Assembly (NCBI GenBank): GCA_965216305.1 | Contig: OZ244144.1 | Location: 5,324,941-5,388,940 of the forward strand | Direction of reading: 5' to 3' | From: Gammaproteobacteria bacterium | GTDB lineage: Bacteria; Pseudomonadota; Gammaproteobacteria; Ga0077536 | DNA length: 64,000 nucleotides | In this document: piece by piece, positions 29,202 through 40,111 of the stretch | Position numbering within the stretch: the first letter of the stretch is position 1 | Layout of the letters: the number at the start of each line of letters is the position of its first letter | Position numbers and translations under genes: made by a program | Notes under the pieces: generated by a model | What the model was told of the DNA's origin: nothing | Database searches by the model: none | Seen by the model: the letters and a program-made list of their open reading frames with translations, nothing else

Positions 29202-29855
29202 TCACGTCCGGTAGAGTTGTTGCGCCACTATCATACGCTCGGCGGACGGCGGCACGAGAAAACGGATGTCGCGTCCGGCCACGATTCGTGCGCGGATATC
29301 CGTCGATGAGATGGGTAACAGCGGGATCGGCTGGAAAAAAATCCGGCCGCAGGGTGCCGCATGCAGGTCGGCCGGATCCGCCGTACCGCGCGCGTCGATC
29401 AGCATTTCGAGGCGCGGATCGAGCGGGGTCGCGGCGATCGGGCGGTCGACCACGACGAGATGCCCGACATCGAGCAATTCATCCCAGCGGTGCCACGTGC
29501 ACAAGCCATGAAACGCATCAGCACCGAGCAGCAGGCACAAGGGCTGATGCGGAAACTCGGCGCGCATGGACGTCAGCGTATCGATCGAATACGACGTACC
29601 GCCGCGCACGAGTTCGCGGTCGTCGGCGATCAAGCGCACCCCGTCGAGCGCTCCTGCCAGCATTTCAAAGCGCGCGGCGCCATCGACGAGCGGCGGTGCC
29701 CGGTGGTTCGGCACGTTCAGGGGTACGAAATGCACGGCGCGAAATTGCAGTAATTCCGCGGCCTCGATGGCGAGGCGGATGTGGCCGATGTGCACGGGGT
29801 CGAACGTGCCCCCGAGGATACCGATCGCGCGTTGTTCGGATATGGTCTCCGGCAT
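29202..29855 (-). CDS. nadD: Nicotinate-nucleotide adenylyltransferase NadD
   Basis: Motif GILGGTFDPVHIGH (HxGH); 217 aa. Confidence 0.93.
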   Translation of the reverse strand: MPETISEQRAIGILGGTFDPVHIGHIRLAIEAAELLQFRAVHFVPLNVPNHRAPPLVDGAARFEMLAGALDGVRLIADDRELVRGGTSYSIDTLTSMRAEFPHQPLCLLLGADAFHGLCTWHRWDELLDVGHLVVVDRPIAATPLDPRLEMLIDARGTADPADLHAAPCGRIFFQPIPLLPISSTDIRARIVAGRDIRFLVPPSAERMIVAQQLYRT

Positions 29856-30017
29856 CTAGTGTGGTGTCCCGCGCTGAACAGTCATGGTTCGCGGATCGGG
29901 TCGGCCCCTGACTGCATTGCCGATCCTGGCGTCGTGCCCGTGACGTGAAATCCCGCGCGATTCAACGAAATTTCCTGTCGCTTACCAGCCTCCGGGGCGC
30001 GGTGGCTTCGAAGCGGA

Positions 30018-31307
30018 TCATTCGCGGATATGCCCGTCACCAATCACGATCCATTTTTGTGACGTGAGCCCATTGAGACCAACCGGACCGCGAGCGTGAA
30101 TTTTGTCCGTGCTGATCCCGATCTCCGCGCCGAGCCCGTACTCGAAGCCGTCGGCAAAACGGGTCGAGGCGTTAAGCATGACGGAGCTCGAATCCACCTC
30201 GGCGAGAAAGCGCCGGGCGGCGAGGAGATCCTCGGTGACGATGCTGTCGGTATGTTGCGAGCCGTACTGGCGGATGTGCGCCATCGCCGCATCGATGTCG
30301 GCGACTATCCGCACGGCCAGGATGGGCGCGAGATACTCCTCATACCAATCCTGTTCGGCAGCCGGTAACACGTTCGCATCGAGCGAGCGGACGGCGTCAT
30401 CGCCGCGCAATTCCACGCCGGCTTCGCGGTAGGCCGCAAACAGACGGGGTAACACCTGCGCTGCAATCGGCGCGGCCACGAGCAGGGTCTCCATCGTATT
30501 GCACGTACCATAACGCTGCGTTTTCGAATTGAGCGCAATGGCAAATGCCTTTTCCGGATCCGCCGCCGCGTCGATATACACGTGACACACGCCATCGAGA
30601 TGCTTGATCACCGGCATGCGCGCTTCGGCACTGACGCGTTCGATCAAGCCCTTGCCCCCACGCGGTACGATCACATCAACGAATTCGTTCGCCGCGAGCA
30701 GCGCGCCAACGGCAGCGCGGTCGGTTGTCGTGAAAACCTGTACCGCCTGCGGCGGCAGGCCAGCACTCGCGAGGCCCTCGGCGATGCAGGCGGCAATCGC
30801 CGTATTGGAATGCAGTGCTTCGGAGCCGCCGCGCAGAATCGCGGCGTTGCCGGCTTTCAGGCACAGCGCGGCAGCATCGGCGGTGACGTTGGGGCGGGAC
30901 TCATAGATGATCCCGACAACCCCGATCGGCACGCGCATATGGCCCACCTGGATACCGTTGGGGCGGTACTGCAGAGCCGTAGTTTCACCCACCGGATCGG
31001 GCAGGCCCGCAACCTGGCGCAGACCCGCGGCCATCGCGGCGATGCGCGCGGGATTGAGTTCCAGGCGATCGACGAGCGCCTGATCGAGCCCGCTCGCGGC
31101 CGTAACGTCGCTTGCATTCGCGGCGAGAATTTTCTCGGCGGAATGCTCGATGTTGAGCGCGATCGCCTCGAGCGCGGCGTTCTTCATTGCGGTCGTCGCC
31201 CGCGCCATCGCCACCGCAGCTTCGCGCGCCGCGATACCCAATTCACGGACATAGCGTTCGGGATCCGGCGCGTCGACAGCGCGCAACTGGTCGGCTCGTG
31301 TGCTCAT
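30018..31307 (-). CDS. proA: Gamma-glutamyl phosphate reductase ProA
   Basis: Aldehyde dehydrogenase family with catalytic Cys context ([10 protein letters not shown]). Start either ATG 31307 or ATG 31346. Confidence 0.9.
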   Translation of the reverse strand: MSTRADQLRAVDAPDPERYVRELGIAAREAAVAMARATTAMKNAALEAIALNIEHSAEKILAANASDVTAASGLDQALVDRLELNPARIAAMAAGLRQVAGLPDPVGETTALQYRPNGIQVGHMRVPIGVVGIIYESRPNVTADAAALCLKAGNAAILRGGSEALHSNTAIAACIAEGLASAGLPPQAVQVFTTTDRAAVGALLAANEFVDVIVPRGGKGLIERVSAEARMPVIKHLDGVCHVYIDAAADPEKAFAIALNSKTQRYGTCNTMETLLVAAPIAAQVLPRLFAAYREAGVELRGDDAVRSLDANVLPAAEQDWYEEYLAPILAVRIVADIDAAMAHIRQYGSQHTDSIVTEDLLAARRFLAEVDSSSVMLNASTRFADGFEYGLGAEIGISTDKIHARGPVGLNGLTSQKWIVIGDGHIRE

Positions 31308-31396
31308 GGGTCTATCGGTCCTCGGGGGAACGCGGGCGTAGTCCACGTTCGGGTGCGTTCGGTCGCCACCAGTCTAGCACCGCGACGAACGCGGGA

Positions 31397-32413
31397 CTAA
31401 CGTGCCCGACCGGTCGCGAGGCCAAGACAAAGCAGTTCGAGTTCGTCCCAGGGATTACCTGGCGCCGCACCCTTGATGATGCGATCGAGGCGAATACTGG
31501 CTTCGAACAGGCGCCGCAGGCGCGGCAAGGGCGACCGATCCAGCGCGCGCCGGACGATACCCGCGCGGGAGCTCCAGACGTTGTGATCGTTCAATACGGC
31601 CGCTACGGCCTGGCCGCTGGCGATCGCGGCCGCAATATTCAACAGCGTACGCAATTCACGGTTTACCGCCCAGCCGATGACGACCGCCTCGGTGCCTTCC
31701 TCACGCAGTCCCCGCAACATACGCACCGCTTTCGCGGCATCGCCCGCCAGCGTGACATCGACGAGTGAGAACACGTCGAAACGCGCGCTGTCGACGGTCG
31801 CGCCAAGCACCATGTCGGCATCCACTTCGCCGCCGTCGACAAGCAATGCGAGTTTGTCGATCTCCTGCGCGGCCGCGAGCAGGTTGCCTTCCGCGCGAAC
31901 CGCGATTAATTCGGCCGCCGCAGCGGTGAGGGTGAACTTGTAGCGGCGGGCTCGTTCCTGGATCCAGCGATCGAGCTGACGCGCGACGACCTGACGCGCC
32001 TGCACCACGACACCGGCGCGGTCGCACGCTTTGAACCATTTTGCTTTCTGCGCGTTGCGATCGATCTTTTCGGCGCTCACCAGTACGACGTCTTCGGTAT
32101 CGTCGCGAGACAACAGGTCTTCGAGAACGGCCGCGCCGGCCTTGTCCGGCTTGCGGCCGCCAAGGCGGATCTCGATCAGCCGGCGTTCGGCGAACAGCGA
32201 CAATTCATTCGCCCCCGCAAGCAGTTGCTGCCAATCGAAGCCGGCCGCCACTTCGAACACGAGGCGCTCACCAACGCCGGCGGCGCGCGCGGCGGCGCGA
32301 ATCGCATCGACGCTTTCCATCACCTGCAAAGGTTCATCGCCAAAGACGAGATAGGCTGGCGCGACGCCGCGGCGGTCGAGATCGGCGGGGAGTTTCTCGG
32401 GGCTTACCAGCAT
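31397..32413 (-). CDS. holA: DNA polymerase III subunit delta HolA
   Basis: Sequence MLVSPEKLPADLD...AYLVFGDEPLQ matches the delta subunit. The track's 451-aa ORF over-extends across lptE; ATG 32413 verified. Confidence 0.88.
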   Translation of the reverse strand: MLVSPEKLPADLDRRGVAPAYLVFGDEPLQVMESVDAIRAAARAAGVGERLVFEVAAGFDWQQLLAGANELSLFAERRLIEIRLGGRKPDKAGAAVLEDLLSRDDTEDVVLVSAEKIDRNAQKAKWFKACDRAGVVVQARQVVARQLDRWIQERARRYKFTLTAAAAELIAVRAEGNLLAAAQEIDKLALLVDGGEVDADMVLGATVDSARFDVFSLVDVTLAGDAAKAVRMLRGLREEGTEAVVIGWAVNRELRTLLNIAAAIASGQAVAAVLNDHNVWSSRAGIVRRALDRSPLPRLRRLFEASIRLDRIIKGAAPGNPWDELELLCLGLATGRAR

Positions 32414-32462
32414 CGTCGCGTCGATCGATCGTGCATGCCTGCGCCGCTCACACGCGGACGTT

Positions 32463-32981
32463 TCACGGCGCCCTGGTCTGGGTCGAAAAATCGATCGTTT
32501 CGAGGCGCAAGCGGATCGCTTGCGCGGCGTCTTCGGCGAGCTCGCGCTCGACGAGCGTGGCGCGCTCATTCGTGCCGAGCAGGGAGTTTTCGTCGAATAC
32601 GTAATCCTGTGCCCAGGAGAGTTTCTCCGGTGGCACGAGCAACTTGCCGTCACGTGCACGGATCGATAACGACACCTCGATCTCGAGTTCGATCTCCCGC
32701 ACCTTACCGGTGTTCGAATCGACGGAGAGGACCCGGCGGTCGAACACTTCATTGGAAATTTCGATGACGGCGCCGGCCTTCGTCGGCTGGCGGTTCACAC
32801 GCACGCCGGAATTAATAAGCTCGCGAACCAGCGCCCTGCGCAGGGTATCGGCGCGTTTCGCGGTGACATGGACGGAGTCGACCGAAACGGCATCGCGGTT
32901 TCCGCGCAGGCTCCAGCCACCGCACGCCGACAGGCACAGCAGGAGCAGGCCGGCGACGCATAGTTTCAGGCTCGCATTCAT
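32463..32981 (-). CDS. lptE: LPS-assembly lipoprotein LptE
   Basis: Lipobox LCLSAC; 172 aa. Conserved position between leuS and holA. Confidence 0.88.
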   Translation of the reverse strand: MNASLKLCVAGLLLLCLSACGGWSLRGNRDAVSVDSVHVTAKRADTLRRALVRELINSGVRVNRQPTKAGAVIEISNEVFDRRVLSVDSNTGKVREIELEIEVSLSIRARDGKLLVPPEKLSWAQDYVFDENSLLGTNERATLVERELAEDAAQAIRLRLETIDFSTQTRAP

Positions 32982-32990
32982 GGCTTCAGA

Positions 32991-35579
32991 TTATCGCACG
33001 ACGACATTGATTAGACGCCCGGGTACGACGATTACCTTGACGATGTCCTTGCCGTCTATGGTTCGACCGACATTCTCGTCGGCGAGTGCCGCGGTTTCGA
33101 GCGCGCGCTCGTCGCTGTCGGCCGCCACCGTAATCTCAGCGCGCTTCTTGCCGTTAACCTGCACGACGAGCGTGATTTCGTCACGCTCGAGCGCTTGCGG
33201 GTCCGCTTCCGGCCAGCGTGCATCGACGAGTGGCTCGGGATGACCGAGTGCCCGCCACAGCGCGTCCGTGCAATGCGGCACAATCGGCGCCAACAGCAAT
33301 ACGGCCGTTTCCAGCCCTTCGCGCATCACCGCGCGACCCGCCGCACTGCCATCGGTGTGCCGCGACAGGGCGTTCGTCATCTCCATGACGGCGGCAATGG
33401 CGGTGTTGAATTTGTACCGTCGCGCGATGTCGTCCGTCACTTTCGCGATGGTTTCGTGGATCTGGCGGCGGAGGTCCTTCAGCGCGGGGGTCAGCGCTGC
33501 CGGTTGCACTGGTTCGCAATCGCCGTCCTGCACGTGCTGCCAGGTGAGCCGCCACAGCGTTTTCAGGAATCGCGACGCGCCCTCGACGGCGCCGTCCGAC
33601 CATTCGAGTGTCTGATCGGGGGGCGCGGCGAACATCGTATACAGGCGCACCGTGTCGGCGCCGTACTCGTCGATGAGCTTTTGCGGGTCGACGCCGTTGT
33701 TCTTCGACTTCGACATTTTCTCCACCGGTCCGATGATCACGGGCTTGCCGTCGCTGTTCGCGATCGCCTGGACGGCGCGTCCCTTGTCGTCGGTTTCCAC
33801 CGTGACGTCGGCGGGGTTGAAATACTGCGGCTTGCTGCCGTCGGTTTCGCGGTAGTACGTCTCCTTGCACACCATGCCCTGAGTCAGCAGGCGGGTAAAC
33901 GGCTCACCGGGGGTGACGAGCCCGACATCGCGCATGAGCTTCTGGAAGAAACGCGCATAGAGTAAATGCAGCACGGCATGCTCGATCCCGCCGATGTATA
34001 TATCCACCGGCATCCAGTACTCGACCCGCTCATCGACCATGGCGTTGTCCGCGTCCGGGCAACAGAAACGGGCGAAATACCACGACGATTCGAAAAATGT
34101 ATCGAACGTGTCAGTCTCGCGTACCGCGGGCGCGCCACTCGCGGCGATATCGGTGTTGACAAAATCGTCCATCGATTTCAACGGCGAGGAGACACCCTGC
34201 CATTCCACTTCCTCGGGCAGCCTCACGGGCAAACGTTCGGCGGCCTCGGGCACGAGCGTGCCGTCTTCGGCGTAGACCACCGGAATGGGGCAGCCCCAGT
34301 AACGCTGGCGCGAGACGAGCCAGTCGCGCAGGCGGAACTGCACGCGGCGTTCGGCGCGCTGCTCCGCTTCGAGCCGGGTGGCAATGCGATCGAAAGCGGT
34401 GGCGAAATCGAGCGCGTCGTATTCCGCGCTGTTACCAAGGATGCCTTTGTCCGTATAGGCACAGTCGGCAACCCCGGGATTCTCGCCGGTGGCGGGGAAA
34501 ATCACCTGCTTGATCGGCAATCCGTACGTCGTGGCAAATTCCCAGTCGCGCTGATCATGGGCGGGTACGGACATGACGGCGCCGGTGCCGTACCCCATGA
34601 GGACGAAATTCGCGACCCAGATTGCGACGGGTTCGCCCGTTAGCGGGTGATCGACAGTGATTCCGAGCGGCATGCCGCGCTTTTCCATCTTCTCGACATC
34701 GGCCTCGGAGGTCGACATCGTGCGACAGCTGTCGATGAATTCGCGTAGCGCCGCGTTCGTCTCTGCAAGCGCCGTGGCAAGCGGGTGCTCCGGCGCCACA
34801 GCCATGTAGGTGACGCCGTAAAGCGTGTCCGGACGGGTGGTGTAGACCTCGAGATCACCGTCCCCGGACGTCAGCGCAAAACGTACGGCAAGACCCTCGG
34901 AGCGGCCGATCCAGTTGCGCTGCATCGTTTTTACCGCGTCCGGCCAGCCTTCGAGCGTGTCGATATCGTGCAGCAGTTCGTCAGCGTAATCCGTGATACG
35001 AAGAAACCACTGGGGGATTTCCCGGCGCTCCACGAGCGCGCCGGATCGCCAGCCACGGCCGTCGATGACCTGTTCATTCGCGAGTACGGTCTGGTCGACC
35101 GGATCCCAGTTGACGACGGCTTTCTTGCGGTAAACAAGGCCTTTTTCGTACAACTGCGTAAAGAACCACTGCTCCCAGCGGTAATAATCGGCATTGCATG
35201 TGGCGAGCTCGCGGTCCCAGTCGTAGGCGAAGCCGAGGCGCTGCAACTGGCCGCGCATGTAGTCGATATTGCTGCGGGTCCAGCGCGCCGGCGGGACATT
35301 GTTTTCGATCGCGGCATTCTCGGCCGGCAGTCCGAACGCATCCCAACCCATCGGCTGGAGCACGTTCTTGCCGAGCATGCGCTGGTAGCGCGAGATGACG
35401 TCGCCAATCGTGTAGTTGCGTACATGCCCCATGTGCAGGCGTCCGCTCGGATAGGGAAACATCGACAGGCAGTAAAATTTTTCCCGCTCGGGATCTTCTT
35501 TCACCGCGAACGTGCGTTGTTCCAGCCACAATTGCTGCAGGGAGGATTCCAGGGCGCCGGGGTCGTACCGTTGTTCCAT
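32991..35579 (-). CDS. leuS: Leucine--tRNA ligase LeuS
   Basis: HIGH motif HMGHVRNY and KMSKS; 862 aa. Confidence 0.97.
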   Translation of the reverse strand: MEQRYDPGALESSLQQLWLEQRTFAVKEDPEREKFYCLSMFPYPSGRLHMGHVRNYTIGDVISRYQRMLGKNVLQPMGWDAFGLPAENAAIENNVPPARWTRSNIDYMRGQLQRLGFAYDWDRELATCNADYYRWEQWFFTQLYEKGLVYRKKAVVNWDPVDQTVLANEQVIDGRGWRSGALVERREIPQWFLRITDYADELLHDIDTLEGWPDAVKTMQRNWIGRSEGLAVRFALTSGDGDLEVYTTRPDTLYGVTYMAVAPEHPLATALAETNAALREFIDSCRTMSTSEADVEKMEKRGMPLGITVDHPLTGEPVAIWVANFVLMGYGTGAVMSVPAHDQRDWEFATTYGLPIKQVIFPATGENPGVADCAYTDKGILGNSAEYDALDFATAFDRIATRLEAEQRAERRVQFRLRDWLVSRQRYWGCPIPVVYAEDGTLVPEAAERLPVRLPEEVEWQGVSSPLKSMDDFVNTDIAASGAPAVRETDTFDTFFESSWYFARFCCPDADNAMVDERVEYWMPVDIYIGGIEHAVLHLLYARFFQKLMRDVGLVTPGEPFTRLLTQGMVCKETYYRETDGSKPQYFNPADVTVETDDKGRAVQAIANSDGKPVIIGPVEKMSKSKNNGVDPQKLIDEYGADTVRLYTMFAAPPDQTLEWSDGAVEGASRFLKTLWRLTWQHVQDGDCEPVQPAALTPALKDLRRQIHETIAKVTDDIARRYKFNTAIAAVMEMTNALSRHTDGSAAGRAVMREGLETAVLLLAPIVPHCTDALWRALGHPEPLVDARWPEADPQALERDEITLVVQVNGKKRAEITVAADSDERALETAALADENVGRTIDGKDIVKVIVVPGRLINVVVR

Positions 35580-35721
35580 CGGGGTCGGTTCTAGCTTTAA
35601 GAGATCGGTTGGAGCGGTAACGGCGCGTCGGTCGCTCGAAGCACGGCTAAACGCGTGATCACGGTCGAACCCGGCGGGGTAACGCTGCGGTCGCGAAGCA
35701 TACCTGAGGGCATTCGGGCGC

Positions 35722-35750
35722 GCAAAAGCCGGCCCGGCTCGCGCCGGGTC
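35722..35750 (-). terminator. Candidate rho-independent terminator after comEA
   Basis: Minus-strand GC hairpin CCCGGC-GCGA-GCCGGG / AGCCGGGCCGGCT followed by TTTTG. Confidence 0.5.
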
Positions 35751-35765
35751 GGCGGCGCGTGAGGT

Positions 35766-36035
35766 CTAGCGCTTCACCGCGATCAGCTTGTCGCGATTCT
35801 TGTCGATCGTTGCCATGCCGATGCCTTTCACCAGCACGAGATCATCGACCGATCCGAACGGCCCGTTTTCGGTCCGGAATTCGACGATCGCGGCTGCTCG
35901 TGCCGGCCCGATGCCGGCGATCGTCGCCGCAATCGCCGGCGCGTCCGCGGAATTGATATCGAGTGGCTCGGCATTCGCGACACCGAGGCTTAACGCCAAC
36001 AAGCAGGCGACGAGGGTTTTATGTAACAAGGTCAT
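35766..36035 (-). CDS. comEA: ComEA-like periplasmic helix-hairpin-helix DNA-binding protein
   Basis: Signal peptide MTLLHKTLVACLLALSLGVANA and HhH motif LVKGIGMATIDKN. Start re-called to ATG 36035. Confidence 0.8.
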   Translation of the reverse strand: MTLLHKTLVACLLALSLGVANAEPLDINSADAPAIAATIAGIGPARAAAIVEFRTENGPFGSVDDLVLVKGIGMATIDKNRDKLIAVKR

Positions 36036-36283
36036 GCGTCTTCTCCTTCCATGGATCCGGGCGCGGCGGCATAGTTCCGATGCCAGCAGCGAACCGCAAA
36101 CGACGGTCTCGCTGGCCCGGGTGATTAAGGCCACCACCATGGCGGCCGCCACAAAGAGTAGTCAATCGCCCGATCGGAACCAAGACGGATGGCGCGACGC
36201 GGGAAATATTAATGGTCTCGCTTGCGGCTCAGCCCGCGGTTAACGCGGCGAATCGACCGGCTTGCGGGGTCCGGCGACCCGTT

Positions 36284-36317
36284 CTGTCACAAACACGTCA
36301 TAAAACGTCCCTACGAT
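36284..36317 (+). promoter_or_regulatory. Candidate Pho box and -10 of the phoB promoter
   Basis: CTGTCAC-aaac-ACGTCAT is a 7-4-7 direct repeat matching the CTGTCAT Pho box. TACGAT lies 10 nt downstream, the expected spacing to the -10. Confidence 0.55.
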
Positions 36318-36364
36318 CGCCGCAATCATTACATGACAAAATAGAGGCGATCGCGCAGGTAGCC

Positions 36365-37054
36365 ATGATGGGAACAGTTCTGATCGTCGATGACGAGCCG
36401 GCAATCCGCCAGATGTTGACTTTCACCCTGGCCGGCGACGGGCATACCTGCTTCGAAGCAGCGGATGCCGAAGAAGCCCATGCCGCGGTGGGACGCCAGG
36501 CGCCGGATCTGATCCTGCTCGACTGGATGTTGCCGGGCATCAGCGGCGTTGATTTCGCCCGTCGCATCAAGCGCGATGCGAAAACCCGAGCGATTCCTAT
36601 CATCATGCTGAGCGCCAAAGGCGAAGAGGTCGACAAGGTGCGGGCGCTCGATACGGGTGCGGATGATTACATCACGAAGCCGTTTTCGACCAGCGAACTG
36701 CTTGCTCGCGTGCGTGCGGTGATTCGCCGCAGCGGTCTGGAAGACACGGGCCGGGACGCCATCGATCGCGGCGACATCCATATTGATACGCGGACCCACC
36801 GGGTGACGATTGCCGGCACCGCGGTCGAACTGAGTCCGACGGAGTTCCGATTGCTGCATTTTTTCATGATGAATGCGGAGCGGGTACACTCGCGCGGGCA
36901 ACTGCTCGATGCGGTATGGGGCGACAATGCCTACGTCGAGGAACGCACCGTCGATGTCCATATCCGCCGCTTGCGCAAGCTGCTGGCACCATACGGGTGC
37001 GATCGGCACATACAGACGGTGCGCGGGGTGGGTTACCGGTTTTCCGTCGACTGA
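36365..37054 (+). CDS. phoB: Phosphate regulon response regulator PhoB
   Basis: Receiver domain with LIVDDEP plus an OmpR/PhoB winged helix; 229 aa. The track start at 36212 is an over-extension. Confidence 0.93.
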   Translation: MMGTVLIVDDEPAIRQMLTFTLAGDGHTCFEAADAEEAHAAVGRQAPDLILLDWMLPGISGVDFARRIKRDAKTRAIPIIMLSAKGEEVDKVRALDTGADDYITKPFSTSELLARVRAVIRRSGLEDTGRDAIDRGDIHIDTRTHRVTIAGTAVELSPTEFRLLHFFMMNAERVHSRGQLLDAVWGDNAYVEERTVDVHIRRLRKLLAPYGCDRHIQTVRGVGYRFSVD

Positions 37055-37132
37055 CCGTGACGGACGGTTTTCGCCGCACGGGCGACAAGCTGTAGCCGGC
37101 CGCGCCCTGAGGTTCTACACTCGGTCACTGTA

Positions 37133-38458
37133 ATGCATAGCAGCGATATCATCCGCTCCGGCGCCGCGGTTGTCGCCGGGCTTATCATCGGTTGGATACT
37201 GGGCGACGCGTTTCTTGGACTCGCCATCGCGCTGGCGCTGTATTGCGCCTGGCTGCATCGCAGGCTCGACCAGTTGCTCGGCTGGCTCCGTAACCGCAAG
37301 GAAACCGAGGCGCCTGATCCACGCGGCGTCTTCGAAGACCTCTGCCGCGAAATCGACTACCTGCGTGAGCGCCACAAAAAGCGCAAGAAAAAGCTTGGCA
37401 CCTACCTGAAGCAGTTCCAGCAGGCGACACGTGCACTGCCCGACAGCACCGTTGTGCTGGATGAGAACGGCAGCGTGCAATGGGCGAACAAGGCCGCTAC
37501 GGACATCCTCGGTATCCGCTGGCCGGAAGATTCGGGACAGCGCCTGTCCAATATCGTCCGCATTCCGACATTACTCGAGTTCCTCGATCGCGACGAACCG
37601 AACGCTAGCGTCGATATTCCTTCACCGGTTGATGAAGCCGTTCAGCTCAATGTGCGCATCACGCCGTCTGGCAATCGTCAGCGACTGTTCGTTGCGCGTG
37701 ATGTCACCCAGCTTCATCGCGCGAACCAGGTGCGCAGCGATTTCGTGGCCAATGTATCTCATGAACTGCGCACACCTATTACGGTGCTGCGGGGCTATCT
37801 CGAGAATATGTCGACGCAGCACGAGGTGTGTCCGCCGGCGTGGGAGGGTGCGATCGCGCAAATGAGCGATCACGTGAACCGCATGCAGGCCGTGGTGGAA
37901 GATTTACTGTTGTTGTCGGCGCTGGAGCAGCACGACCGCGTTGAAGCTCCGAAGCCGGTACCGGTGGCGGAGTTGATCGTCGATATCCATAAGCGATCGC
38001 AGCAAATCGCAGACCACCAGGATCGGATCTTCATGCTCGAACTCGAAACCGAGGCCTCGATCCTGGGTTCGTACAAAGAACTCTACAGTTGCATCTCGAA
38101 TCTGATCTACAACGCGGTGAAGTACACGGAACCGCGCGGCGTCATCGAAATCCGCTGGTATCGCGACGACGACGGCGCCCATCTCGCGATCAAGGACAAC
38201 GGGATCGGGATCGGACCCGAGCATATCGCGCGCGTGACGGAACGCTTCTATCGCGCGGAGAACTCACGCGCGCGAACGCGCGGCGGTACGGGACTCGGAC
38301 TCGCCATCGTCAAGCACATTCTCACCCGCCACGACGCGAGTCTGCATATCGAAAGCGAGATCGGCAAAGGCAGTCTGTTTCGCTGCGATTTCCCGCCCGG
38401 GGTGATCGTCGAAGATGTCGACGACGACGCGGATACGTCGATCGACCGCAGCGCCTGA
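37133..38458 (+). CDS. phoR: Phosphate regulon sensor histidine kinase PhoR
   Basis: N-terminal TM segment, PAS domain, H-box FVANVSHELRTP, and N/G boxes; 441 aa. Confidence 0.93.
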   Translation: MHSSDIIRSGAAVVAGLIIGWILGDAFLGLAIALALYCAWLHRRLDQLLGWLRNRKETEAPDPRGVFEDLCREIDYLRERHKKRKKKLGTYLKQFQQATRALPDSTVVLDENGSVQWANKAATDILGIRWPEDSGQRLSNIVRIPTLLEFLDRDEPNASVDIPSPVDEAVQLNVRITPSGNRQRLFVARDVTQLHRANQVRSDFVANVSHELRTPITVLRGYLENMSTQHEVCPPAWEGAIAQMSDHVNRMQAVVEDLLLLSALEQHDRVEAPKPVPVAELIVDIHKRSQQIADHQDRIFMLELETEASILGSYKELYSCISNLIYNAVKYTEPRGVIEIRWYRDDDGAHLAIKDNGIGIGPEHIARVTERFYRAENSRARTRGGTGLGLAIVKHILTRHDASLHIESEIGKGSLFRCDFPPGVIVEDVDDDADTSIDRSA

Positions 38459-38472
38459 CGGCGCTGCGTCGG

Positions 38473-39201
38473 CTAGCTTTTGTTTCGCGACAGGTTCAGT
38501 TCCTGCTCGATGTCTTCAAGCGAGGTATGCCGGACGTCCTTGCCTTCGACGAAATAGATGATGTACTCGCCGATGTTGTTCGCATGGTCGCCGATCCGTT
38601 CGAACGCGCGTACCGCGAGAACGGCGCTCAGCACCTGCGTAATGCTGCGCGGGTCTTCCATCATGTAAGTGATTAGCTGACGCATGATGGCGTCATTCTC
38701 CGCGTCTACCTCGGGGTCCTGCTGCGCCACCCGGAACGCCGCCTGAGAATCCATGCGCGCGAAGGCGTCGAGCACTTCATGCAGAATGCGTTTGACGTGA
38801 TTGCCCATGGCGATAATGCCGACGTAGTACGCTTTCGGGCTTTCCTTCGTCGTGAGGTCAACCGTCATGCGGCCCACTTTTTCCACTTCGTCGCCAATGC
38901 GTTCGAGATCGGTGATCGTTTTGCTCACCGCGAGTACGAGCCGTAAATCACCGGCGGCCGGTTGCCGGCGCAGGAGGATGTCGGTGCACTCTTCGTCAAT
39001 CTCTACCTCGAGCGCGTTCACCTTGTAATCGTGCGTGGCAACGTACTCGGCGAGTTCGGAATCGCCGTTGCTCAAGGCGTCAAGCGCCTTGGCCAGATGA
39101 TCCTCGACCAGCCCGCCCATCGCCAAAACGTTGGAGCGCAGATCATTCAGGTCCTTGTCGAACTGTTGCGAGATGTGGGTTGGGATATTTCGCAGCGCCA
39201 T
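38473..39201 (-). CDS. phoU: Phosphate signalling complex protein PhoU
   Basis: Tandem PhoU repeats; 242 aa. Downstream of pstB. Confidence 0.93.
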   Translation of the reverse strand: MALRNIPTHISQQFDKDLNDLRSNVLAMGGLVEDHLAKALDALSNGDSELAEYVATHDYKVNALEVEIDEECTDILLRRQPAAGDLRLVLAVSKTITDLERIGDEVEKVGRMTVDLTTKESPKAYYVGIIAMGNHVKRILHEVLDAFARMDSQAAFRVAQQDPEVDAENDAIMRQLITYMMEDPRSITQVLSAVLAVRAFERIGDHANNIGEYIIYFVEGKDVRHTSLEDIEQELNLSRNKS

Positions 39202-39220
39202 GATGCCTTGCCCCCGAGGG

Positions 39221-40069
39221 TTAGCCGTAACGGCCGGTAATATAGTCTTCGGTTTGTTTCTGTTCCGGGTTCGTGAAAATTTTCTTCGTATCCCCGAACT
39301 CGACTAGATCACCAAGGTACATGAACGCCGTGTAATCGGAAACGCGCGTCGCCTGTTGCATATTGTGCGTGACGATAACAATGGTGTAGTCGCGTTTCAG
39401 TTCGTAAATCAATTCTTCGATCTTGAGCGTGGAGATGGGATCGAGCGCCGACGCCGGCTCGTCGAGCAACAACACCTCCGGTTCAATCGCAATCGCGCGA
39501 GCGATGACGAGGCGTTGCTGCTGACCACCCGAGAGGCTCAGCGCGGATTCGTGAATTCGATCCTGCACTTCTTCCCACAGTGCTGCCGCGCGCAAGGAGC
39601 GTTCAACCGCCTTGTCGAGCGTACGCCGGTTCTTCACGCCCTGGATACGCAAGCCGTAAGCGACATTCTCGTAGATCGATTTCGGAAACGGATTCGGCTT
39701 CTGGAAAACCATGCCCACCCGCCGGCGCAAGTTCGCCACGTTGACATTCGGGTCGTAAATGTTGTCGTCGTGCAGGAGGATCGATCCCGTGATGCGGACA
39801 CTGTCGACAAGGTCATTCATGCGGTTAAAACAACGCAACAACGTGGACTTGCCGCAACCGCTCGGCCCGATGAATGCGGTGACTTTCTTCTCCGGGATCT
39901 CCAGGTTGATGCCTTTCAGCGCCTGCTGTTCACCGTAGAAGAGGTCGAGATTCGAGACCTTCAGGGTAATGTTTTCCTGCGGCCGGCCGGCGTCCTGCGG
40001 TTCGTCGGCGCGGACTTTCTTATCAGCGGCATCAGGCATGGGCATTGCGAGCTTTTGGGCTTCGTTCAC
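39221..40069 (-). CDS. pstB: Phosphate ABC transporter ATP-binding protein PstB
   Basis: Walker [10 protein letters not shown] and signature LSGGQQQRL. The track starts at GTG 40069; in-frame ATGs at 40045 and 40039 are alternative starts. Confidence 0.93.
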   Translation of the reverse strand: MNEAQKLAMPMPDAADKKVRADEPQDAGRPQENITLKVSNLDLFYGEQQALKGINLEIPEKKVTAFIGPSGCGKSTLLRCFNRMNDLVDSVRITGSILLHDDNIYDPNVNVANLRRRVGMVFQKPNPFPKSIYENVAYGLRIQGVKNRRTLDKAVERSLRAAALWEEVQDRIHESALSLSGGQQQRLVIARAIAIEPEVLLLDEPASALDPISTLKIEELIYELKRDYTIVIVTHNMQQATRVSDYTAFMYLGDLVEFGDTKKIFTNPEQKQTEDYITGRYG

Positions 40070-40111
40070 GTCGCGGCACTCCCGGCAGGTGACGCGCTTG
40101 TCAGTTCGGGA

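Noticed and set aside
28517-29911. 464-aa + strand ORF antisense to rlmH, rsfS and nadD
   Set aside because: It spans three real genes in antisense and is R-rich low complexity.
31397-32752. 451-aa ORF-track call for holA, and similar long calls for aspS (755 aa), pstS, phoB, typA, purD, hemF, rraA, rhodanese and tolA
   Set aside because: The N-terminal extensions read through upstream genes or intergenic DNA and lack homolog support. The track evidently takes the most distal ATG, GTG or TTG. Starts were re-called at ATGs matching conserved N-termini or signal peptides.
33195-33965. 256-aa + strand ORF and other ORFs antisense to leuS
   Set aside because: They sit inside leuS, which has HIGH and KMSKS motifs in the other strand's frame.
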